Source: Thermodesulfobacteriota bacterium (lineage in GTDB: Bacteria; Desulfobacterota; Desulfobacteria; Desulfobacterales; SURF-7). From it: a DNA stretch of 64,000 bases. The position numbers were made by a program, and so were the translations under genes. The notes beneath the pieces were generated by a model that saw only the letters and a list, made by a program, of their open reading frames with translations, did no database searches and was not told the origin of the DNA. The stretch spans positions 1-64,000 of the forward strand of contig JBMORA010000027.1 of assembly GCA_049320885.1 (NCBI GenBank), given 5' to 3'. Positions 56,966 through 64,000 of the stretch are shown here, piece by piece; within the stretch, counting starts at the first letter, position 1; each line of letters starts with the position of its first letter.

Positions 56966-57045
56966 ACCGAACCACATTGGTTAACAGGTCAATTTTCCCT
57001 GATAAGTTGATATTGAGGGGGTTTTCGGGCAAATTTACCCTGAAA
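56966..57045 (-). other. Candidate attI-like insertion site with two 23-bp palindromes
   Basis: Core GTTCGGT (minus strand, 56972-56966) complementary to R'' of attC5; no attC hairpin upstream; palindromes at 56982-57004 and 57023-57045. Confidence 0.5.
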
Positions 57046-57408
57046 TGAAATCAGGGTTGATTTAAGCCGAAAGTTATGTTCCCATCCGTCCTTATTTGAG
57101 ATCAACCTCAACAAGCTCTTCCCGATCCATAGAAACTTGGTTCGCCTACTGAACGATACATCCGAAAAGAACCAAACAAAGCGATACTGTAAATATTTAA
57201 AGAAGTTAAAACCCTATTTAACTGGATATGTCAACAATAAAAAACCATGAACTTTCATTTCGGGATTCAATACGCGACCAGTATTGCTCAATATCCCAGG
57301 GAAATGCCTATTGTAACTGAACTATACAGTTCACGCGTTTTCTCATGAATCGAATGACCGCCAATCGAATGCGGAATATTTTTTAATCCGGGGTGATCCT
57401 CAAGAATT

Positions 57409-57450
57409 TGGTGTGGGAATTGGTGTGGGAAAAATTTCCAAAATGTGGGA
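57409..57450 (+). repeat. TGGTGTGGGA repeats (putative integrase arm-binding sites, right)
   Basis: 57409-57418, 57421-57430, partial TGTGGGA 57444-57450. Confidence 0.7.
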
Positions 57451-57549
57451 AAAACGACTAAAGACCGAAAAAATCGAATAACAATAATATTATTAACAAT
57501 CAATATGATAAATAGATTTGAGGAGGTTAGGAAACTCGAAAATCCTTGT

Positions 57550-57598
57550 CTTCGAATCCGTAGGCCGGGGGTTCGAATCCCTCCGGGCGCGCCATTTA
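57550..57598 (+). repeat. att core, right copy (duplicated tRNA-Arg 3' half)
   Basis: Identical to 45281-45329. Confidence 0.95.
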
Positions 57599-57768
57599 AA
57601 TCAAGTACTTAGCGCGAATTTTACCAATTTTTCAGCCCGAAAAATCGGCGATTGTGCCCGGTGGTGTGTGTGGTAGGGGGCCGTGAGACCACTCCCTATC
57701 CCGATATGCGGTAGCTTGATTGCTTGAAATCTCCATCAATGTCCATACAAAATCGAAGCGCGGCCGAC

Positions 57769-59577
57769 TCAAGGCGCCATTGTTTCGGGCGTCACCTCCC
57801 AACCCGCCTCGATGCCGCCTGGCAGCATCTGGCCTCGATCTTCACCAACCTCGGCATCGATCAGGCCATTGAGCTTTTCGTTCATAGCGACGACCAGTTC
57901 GCGGTGCTGCTTGCCGGACGCAGCGAGATTCTTCATTTCCAAAGGATCGGCTTGGACGTCGAAAAGCTCGACATCATTGAGCCGATAGAGTTCTTCCAGT
58001 GTTTTTGGACGGTTATGCTGCTTGGGAGAAAAATAGCGGGCGAACACGTACTGGCCGTCGTACACCATCCTCACCGCGCCACGTTTCGTCATGTCAGGGA
58101 CAATGCCTGCTTGCTTGAGCTGTCTCGGATTCCCGCCCTGCTTGATGTGAGCAACGGCCTTGTATAGAAAATCCCCGTCGAGATATGCGAACATGTTGTA
58201 GTTGAACAGGGCACCATCCCTTACGGCGGTGAGATCGGCGCTCTGCGGGGCGGCCAGGACGCCAGAGAAGTCTTTGCCAGGCACACCCTTGACAATGTTG
58301 GCACGCTGGCCCGGTGCAACGCCCGTCAGCGCAACCAGCGTCGGGGCAAGGTCGACATGGGAGGTGACAGCACGACATTGTTTGCCTCCGGGATAAGCGG
58401 GATGTACCACAATCAAGGGCACGTGATTCTGTTCGCGATACGACACCGCCCCCTTGGCATGCAGCAGGTGTGCGCCGTCCATGTCTCCATGGTCCGACGT
58501 CAGGATTACAATAGTGCGGTCGGTGAGGCCTGCCGCATCGAGTTCGGCAAGAACCGCGGCGATATTACGATCAACGTCGCGCAGACAATTCAGATAGTAG
58601 TTGTGTCGCCGACGCCAGCGTGGCTCCTCATTAGGAATTTCCCCCACGAGGGCATCGTGTGAACGCAGGAAGTCGCGATGCGCTGGTGGCCGGCCCGGTG
58701 CGTCGAGCGGTTGGGTGTGATTTGCCGGCAGGTCGAAGCGCCATTGCTTGGCATAAAGCGGATCGCTCGGTTCCCGTACCACATGGGTGAGGGCCTTCGG
58801 AGCTTGGTGCGCCGTGCCAGGCGCATCCGTGTCATAGAACATTACATCATGCGGATTCACCAGATTGACGGCGAGGAACCACGGTTTGTTCTGGGAAGCC
58901 AGTTCGCGCCCCTTGCCGCGCAACCAGCTGACGGACATGGCGGCAATCACGCCGTCATGCAGATAGCCCCCCTGATGATGCGCGATGATATCGCCCACCC
59001 CGAAGTAATCGGAGAAACCGTAGTCCTCCATTTCCTGGGTAAAAATCTTGGTGGGCGTACCCAGGGTGTTGACCGTCTCGAAGTCCTTGTTCAGGTGCCA
59101 CTTGCCCTTGTATGCCGTGTAGTAGCCGGCTGCGCGCAACATGTCCCCCACAGTGGGAAGTTCGGTCGACATGCTGCTGATCCAGGGGAAATTGGTGTTA
59201 TCAAACATTCGGGTGTTTTGAATGTGTTGGCCGGTATAAAGGACAGACCTCGATGGTGTGCACACGCAGGAATTGATCCGATGATTTAGAAACGTTGTAC
59301 CCTGCTTGATCAAGCGCTCACGGGCAGGCAGCCTAAAACCAGCTGGCAATTCACCCGGGCGAAAGAAACGCTCCTGATCGGTAAGAAGGAAGAGAATGTT
59401 GTAAGGGCCAGCGGCAAGCCTTTCGTTGCGTGAGGGGTGTTCATTACCAGCCGCGGCGAATGCCTTTTCGGATCCACTGCCAAAGGCGCCCAAACCGGCA
59501 ACCATCGCACCGGCTCCGGCAAGACACATAAATTCACGCCGCGAAATGGAGGAGCTATAATCATCGTGATCTCTCAT
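57769..59577 (-). CDS. Tat-exported sulfatase
   Basis: SRREFM twin-arginine signal; LLTDQ, CTPSR formylglycine motif, GKWHL, NPHD, SDHG. Confidence 0.9.
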   Translation of the reverse strand: MRDHDDYSSSISRREFMCLAGAGAMVAGLGAFGSGSEKAFAAAGNEHPSRNERLAAGPYNILFLLTDQERFFRPGELPAGFRLPARERLIKQGTTFLNHRINSCVCTPSRSVLYTGQHIQNTRMFDNTNFPWISSMSTELPTVGDMLRAAGYYTAYKGKWHLNKDFETVNTLGTPTKIFTQEMEDYGFSDYFGVGDIIAHHQGGYLHDGVIAAMSVSWLRGKGRELASQNKPWFLAVNLVNPHDVMFYDTDAPGTAHQAPKALTHVVREPSDPLYAKQWRFDLPANHTQPLDAPGRPPAHRDFLRSHDALVGEIPNEEPRWRRRHNYYLNCLRDVDRNIAAVLAELDAAGLTDRTIVILTSDHGDMDGAHLLHAKGAVSYREQNHVPLIVVHPAYPGGKQCRAVTSHVDLAPTLVALTGVAPGQRANIVKGVPGKDFSGVLAAPQSADLTAVRDGALFNYNMFAYLDGDFLYKAVAHIKQGGNPRQLKQAGIVPDMTKRGAVRMVYDGQYVFARYFSPKQHNRPKTLEELYRLNDVELFDVQADPLEMKNLAASGKQHRELVVAMNEKLNGLIDAEVGEDRGQMLPGGIEAGWEVTPETMAP

Positions 59578-59771
59578 ATTATCTCCTTGTGATTTATTGC
59601 TCTTATATAGATAAAGCCACCGCATAATCGCGGGCGGATGCCCGCGTCCGTGTGCATGCCGTGTGCCGGGCACGGCACGTGTTCTTAAAAGTGAGCCAAC
59701 GCTATCATATCTTTGATAATTTTGGCAAGTCCTAGAACCAGCCTGATGGAGGCGAAGGGTGTGGCGGCAAG

Positions 59772-59849
59772 CAACGATTGTTTGCGTGGGTCCAAAACGT
59801 CAGGCGTTTGGTTGTTCGTTATGAGTACCATGCTGATCATTTTCTCGAA
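59772..59849 (+). pseudogene. IS5-family transposase C-terminal remnant
   Basis: Plus-strand frame [26 protein letters not shown] resembles the IS5-family C-terminal ERxFAW..RRL..RYE motif. Confidence 0.6.
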
Positions 59850-60245
59850 CCACTTCGACGTATGTTTCGGCGTCATCGGTGGATAAACCGCTTTTCCCGC
59901 CGCAGGCCCAAAATCCCGGCTCCTGGTTTTTCATCCGTGTAATCCGTGATCAAACAGCTCTTCCCCCGCTCTTTCCCTAAAACGCCCCTTTTGCCCCCCA
60001 AAGGAGAATCTCAGCGCAGAATTGTTTGCATGGATTCTATCTGCCATTTCGTATTTTTGCAAACCGCATAATCACGCCGCCGGAGGTAAAACGTGCAAAG
60101 GCGTTTATTTCAATATTATTATATGTTATCGTATTTAACCAGAATCTTGGGGCAATCAGGGCTTATGCCCGAATAGAATTCCTGTGAATTGGATTGCCGT
60201 AGCATTACGGTAACGAGCAACCTGAACCATTGGAGGATGCATAGT

Positions 60246-61376
60246 ATGTCTTGGGGCTGGAGAAAACAAAGGACCCTGGTCGACAAAACACCCCCCAAAC
60301 CTCCTTTTTATCTGGCAAGCGAAGATCTTTTTGTAAAAAAGGACGGCAAGGAAATTTTTGTAAAACATATTCATTCTGTTTCCAGGAAGATTTCGAATAG
60401 GGGGCCGGTTATCATGAGCCCGGGAGTGTGCAGCAACGCCAATCTTTTTCGAATGGACGAATCCGGTGGTTGCCTGTCATTGGATCATGACAGGTCCTTT
60501 GCCAATCTCCTCGCGTCGGAAGGTTTTCACGTTTACCTCTATCACCCCGGTTTTACAGAAAGGGTCCATAATCGTTATGTCAGCCGTCATTGCAATGAAA
60601 GTATCCATTACCGGAAACGATACAAGGTTTCTGCGGAATTCGGTTATCGAGATATGGTTGATTTTGAAGTGCCGGCGGTTATTGATTTCGTATGCCGGCA
60701 CAGCGGGAAGCGGAATGTAGACTGGATCGGGTATAGCCTTGGCGGGATGATTGCGTATTCATTTCTGTCCAAAAACCGAACAAATCCGATCCGAAACCTG
60801 ATCACCATTGGTGCCCCCATGACTTTGAATCAATTGTTTTTTCGATTTGTGCCGTTTATCAACTTCGCATCGACATCACTCGGATTGGAGGAAGATGCCT
60901 TGTTGGGAAATATCGCACACAATTTGGTCCCGCTTACCCGGGGGATTCGTGCATTGCCGAACTGGATCGTTCGTTTTAATCTCGTGACGCCGTTGTTATG
61001 CAATCCATTGAACATAACCAATACGGCGATAAAAACGATATTGGGGCAGATTATTGAACCGATGCCCAAAGAGCTGGAGCGGTTTTTTTCCAGATTTGTT
61101 CAACAGGGCTATTCTTCACGCGAAAAATTTGTCGTCTATCTGAAAAATTTGCGACAGCTCAAAAAAACCCGTAGGCGGTTTTTATTTTTTTATGGCGCCA
61201 ATGACATGATCGCAACGGCGGAGAGTGTCTTTCTGGCGCGTGAGACCATTTCCCCTGGCGATCCGGATAATCTCATCGGGGTGCCCGCTGCCGGACATAT
61301 CGATCTGGTTTTGGGAAAGAACGCCTTTGAAAAAGTCTGGAAACCCTCGCTTGAGTGGTTGAAAAAGAACGGGTAG
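60246..61376 (+). CDS. Alpha/beta hydrolase (lipase/PHA-synthase-like fold)
   Basis: GYSLGG nucleophile, GANDMIA, GHIDLVLG; GGAGG RBS. Confidence 0.8.
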   Translation: MSWGWRKQRTLVDKTPPKPPFYLASEDLFVKKDGKEIFVKHIHSVSRKISNRGPVIMSPGVCSNANLFRMDESGGCLSLDHDRSFANLLASEGFHVYLYHPGFTERVHNRYVSRHCNESIHYRKRYKVSAEFGYRDMVDFEVPAVIDFVCRHSGKRNVDWIGYSLGGMIAYSFLSKNRTNPIRNLITIGAPMTLNQLFFRFVPFINFASTSLGLEEDALLGNIAHNLVPLTRGIRALPNWIVRFNLVTPLLCNPLNITNTAIKTILGQIIEPMPKELERFFSRFVQQGYSSREKFVVYLKNLRQLKKTRRRFLFFYGANDMIATAESVFLARETISPGDPDNLIGVPAAGHIDLVLGKNAFEKVWKPSLEWLKKNG

Positions 61377-61394
61377 TTATTCCGAAATGGATCC

Positions 61395-62328
61395 GGGTCG
61401 CACCAAGTTAACAGGCAGGTATTTCAGGATTAATGTTCCAGCAATATGTATTTTGGGGGCCAATATCGCTGTTTTCGACCCCAAAAAAGCAATTATAGAA
61501 AACCTCGTCTTCACGTAACTCGGAACAATTTTCAGCTTGCCGGATGGAACGTCCGATTGCCATGGAATTCATTTTTTTCTTTATCAACTCCATAAAAGAT
61601 CGGCTGCCAACGGCGATTGATTGCGTCCACATCGATTCCCTCTGCAGGTCTGAATTGGATACCGCTGCGTTCACCCATTTGCGATGTGCGATTTGAAAAT
61701 TCGAAAAATCCGTAAATCCGGCCAATCTCCGAACCTCTTCATAATCAATCAGAACACATTTTTTCCGGGGCGCCTGAATCTCATTATAGCCGCCGTGCAT
61801 CCATCGTTCCGGATGATCCACGACCCCGGCGCGCACCATATTCATGTCAATGTATACGATACACCGCAATAAATGTTCACCGTCTTCGATGATCGCGGCA
61901 TGATAGCGATCTTCCCAAAATGCTCCTTTCCGTTTCTTTCTCTGATTATATTCCTGCCCGGTTCTCCCGGCCACCAGCTGCATGGATCTGGAAAGAACAT
62001 CGTTACCGGTGGCGTCGTAGGCGAGTAAATGGATATGATTCGATGTCACCGTATAATCCAGAATTTTCAGTCCGTATCGTTTTCTCGCTTCATAGAGCCA
62101 TTGAAGCCATCGGAGCCGGTCCTTTGAGAATTTCAACAAGAATTCCCGTTTATGGCATCTATGGGTGATATGCCAGATATGTCCGGGAATGTAATGTCGA
62201 TAAGCACGCGCCACAAAAACTCCTCAATATCGATCTTTTTGGGAGTAAAAAATGCATTATCGCTATGAAATCAAGGCCCTCATAATCCAATTAAAATTTT
62301 AAATCAAGATGTTAACTTGGTGCGACCC
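61395..62328. mobile_element. RAYT-like Y1 transposase element with perfect 19-bp terminal inverted repeats
   Basis: GGGTCGCACCAAGTTAACA (61395-61413) / TGTTAACTTGGTGCGACCC (62310-62328). Confidence 0.8.
61408..62214 (-). CDS. REP-associated-type tyrosine transposase (HUH, Y1)
   Basis: WHITHRC, SNHIHLL HUH motif, GAFWEDRY, YIDMNMVRAG. Confidence 0.9.
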   Translation of the reverse strand: MARAYRHYIPGHIWHITHRCHKREFLLKFSKDRLRWLQWLYEARKRYGLKILDYTVTSNHIHLLAYDATGNDVLSRSMQLVAGRTGQEYNQRKKRKGAFWEDRYHAAIIEDGEHLLRCIVYIDMNMVRAGVVDHPERWMHGGYNEIQAPRKKCVLIDYEEVRRLAGFTDFSNFQIAHRKWVNAAVSNSDLQRESMWTQSIAVGSRSFMELIKKKMNSMAIGRSIRQAENCSELREDEVFYNCFFGVENSDIGPQNTYCWNINPEIPAC

Positions 62329-62581
62329 CGGCGTTCGGCGCCTCGGCGCCTCAATAGCGTACATTACAGACGAATGTCTTGTACCGAGACCGCCGCGTGC
62401 GGCACTGCGCAGCAGGTTTAAAAATCAGACAGTCGCTTACCGCAAGGATGGCCCCGCCCGGCGTGATTACAATTGAATCCAAAATCCAATCAATCAAACA
62501 GCCGGGGGAATCTCTCCCCGGCTGTTTTTAATTTTGTTACCTTGTAACACGATAATCCTATGGCTGCGAAAGAACCGGCGT

Positions 62582-63628
62582 TTAAAAAGGACGCTTCCCA
62601 AGAGAATAGCGCGTTCCTTTCCCCGCGCCCTGTTTCTGCAGATATCCTTCCGCCACCAGTTCACGCAATCTGACCTTGATCGTGTTCCGGTTGGCACGGC
62701 TGATGGCGTAAATCTCAGATATCGTGACTCGGCCATGCTCCTTCACGATCTCCAATATCCTGGCCGACAAGTCCGGAAGCCGTTGCATCAAGCGTTCCTG
62801 TTCGATCTTTCCGGTCAAATTGTCTTTCTGCTTTTTCAAACAGGTGAGCAGAAACAGCAACCAGGCTGAAAGATCTGCATCAAGCGGGCGCTGGGCTTTC
62901 CGTAAGGCCAGATAATACCCTTCCTTGTTCTGCTCAATAATGCTTTCGAGGGAGCTGTAAGGCACATACGAATAGTCGTTTTGCAACAACAGGAGCGTGG
63001 TCAATATCCGCGATAGCCTGCCGTTGCCGTCCTGAAATGGATGGATTGCGAGGAAATGCACGACAAAAACCGCAATCACCAGCAACGGGTGCAGCTCACC
63101 GGTTTCAAGATGGCGTTCGGTCCATTTTACCAGCGCTTCCATTCTCGCCGGTGTGTCAAATGGTGAAGCTGTTTCAAAAATAACCCCCAGGCTTTTACCG
63201 TTCTGATCAAACGCTTCCACATGGTTCGGCAACTTTTTGTATTCCCCCCGGTGCCGGACATCTTTTGAACTGAACTTAAGAAGAATACGATGCAGTTGCT
63301 TGATATGGTTTTCCGTAACCGGGATTTCCTCATGGGATTCAAAAATCAGGTTCATCGCCTCGGCATATCCGGCCACCTCTTCCTCATCCCGCGATCGGAA
63401 CGAGGCGATGTCGAGCCCGGCCAGAAGAGCCGCGACCTCCTGGTCAGTGAGTTTGACGCCCTCGATCCGGGTTGATGAGCCCACCGACTCAATGGTTGCA
63501 ACCTTCTTCAGGGCATCCAACCGATCCCGCGCCAGGTTGCCCACCGCCTTCCACTCCCCCTTGAACTCATCGATTTCGGCAATCAGCCGCAACATCTCAT
63601 TCGTAATATTTATAACCGGTTCTTTCAT
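62582..63628 (-). CDS. Fic-domain protein with C-terminal winged HTH
   Basis: HPFQDGNGRLSR Fic motif; SSTRIEG inhibitory motif; GAGKGTRY wing. Confidence 0.92.
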   Translation of the reverse strand: MKEPVINITNEMLRLIAEIDEFKGEWKAVGNLARDRLDALKKVATIESVGSSTRIEGVKLTDQEVAALLAGLDIASFRSRDEEEVAGYAEAMNLIFESHEEIPVTENHIKQLHRILLKFSSKDVRHRGEYKKLPNHVEAFDQNGKSLGVIFETASPFDTPARMEALVKWTERHLETGELHPLLVIAVFVVHFLAIHPFQDGNGRLSRILTTLLLLQNDYSYVPYSSLESIIEQNKEGYYLALRKAQRPLDADLSAWLLFLLTCLKKQKDNLTGKIEQERLMQRLPDLSARILEIVKEHGRVTISEIYAISRANRNTIKVRLRELVAEGYLQKQGAGKGTRYSLGKRPF

Positions 63629-63643
63629 TTCTGCTCCTCTTGA

Positions 63644-63675
63644 TACCCATAAATATACCCACAAATACCCATAAA
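63644..63675 (+). repeat. TACCCAYAAA x3
   Basis: 63644-63653, 63656-63665, 63666-63675. Confidence 0.65.
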
Positions 63676-63907
63676 ATCATGAAAGAATCAATGGCTAATT
63701 GTCGGCGGTGGGCGGTGGTCAAAATATTATTTGATCATTTAACGTTGCAAAAACAACATGTTATAATGAAAACAAGGCGAAGGGCCGTCCGTTTCGGGTA
63801 TTTTGCCGCGATAATAGTAGGTTGGCAGGCCGTTGAGACGCGTTCGGCAGACAATCTCACCGGCAGTCGTTTGAGTTTGTTGTGCTTGAAGTGCTGTCGC
63901 CAGATTT

Positions 63908-64000
63908 TCATCCGCGGTTTCTGGCCAGACCGTTCACCCCTTCCTCCCAGGCTGTCAGCATCCGTCCGCCGATATCCTTGAATTCCGGATGATCGGAAAT
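63908..64000 (-). CDS. Partial gene (3' end), possibly a HipA-family kinase
   Basis: ISDHPEFKDIGGRMLTAWEEGVNGLARNRG* resembles HipA C-termini; only 30 codons visible. Confidence 0.4.
   Translation of the reverse strand: MSDHPEFKDIGGRMLTAWEEGVNGLARNRG

Larger units (their letters stand above)
45281..57598. mobile_element. Integrative element in tRNA-Arg: integrase, xis-like, Rep_trans initiator, attC cassette array
   Basis: Identical 49-bp direct repeats at 45281-45329 and 57550-57598; integrase adjacent; AT-rich cargo. Confidence 0.93.

Noticed and set aside
57200..57240. Pc-like cassette promoter on the minus strand (TTGACA at 57235-57230)
   Set aside because: No convincing -10 box at 16-18 bp spacing.
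57550..57594. Second tRNA-Arg gene
   Set aside because: Only the 3' half from the anticodon loop is present; it is the att duplication.
45281..57598. Prophage or inovirus
   Set aside because: No capsid, terminase, Zot/pI-like ATPase or cluster of small coat genes between the att sites; a satellite lifestyle cannot be excluded.

Overview
GC-rich bacterial chromosomal segment whose gene content (Hdr/Mvh cluster, 2-oxoacid:ferredoxin oxidoreductase, SelB, sigma54 regulator) suggests an anaerobic Desulfobacterota-like host (inference). Left end (1-2.5 kb): a rearranged toxin-antitoxin hotspot (MazEF-like, VapBC, HicA remnant) between duplicated segments. 4.4-11.8 kb: a SiaABCD-like c-di-GMP module whose phosphatase is fused to a large pseudokinase-AAA-GAF-PAS sensor. 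11.8-45 kb: core genes (rlmD, aminotransferase, MCP, hemW, korDABC-like, a sigma54-preceded hdrCBA-mvhD-hdrA cluster ending in a probable selenoprotein with in-frame UGA and a SECIS-like hairpin, glgC, glgA, selB, tRNA-His, tRNA-Arg). Most notable: a 12.3 kb element integrated in tRNA-Arg(TCG), bounded by identical 49-bp att repeats (45281-45329 / 57550-57598). It encodes a phage-type tyrosine integrase, an overlapping excisionase-like ORF and a Rep_trans-type rolling-circle initiator, and carries five AT-rich integron-type cassettes delimited by attC sites (Eco57I-like restriction-modification, HEPN-motif protein, small membrane protein, hypothetical, TPR protein) but no IntI gene. Right end: Tat-exported sulfatase, IS5 remnant, hydrolase, a RAYT-like transposase bounded by perfect 19-bp terminal inverted repeats, a Fic protein and a partial HipA-like gene.
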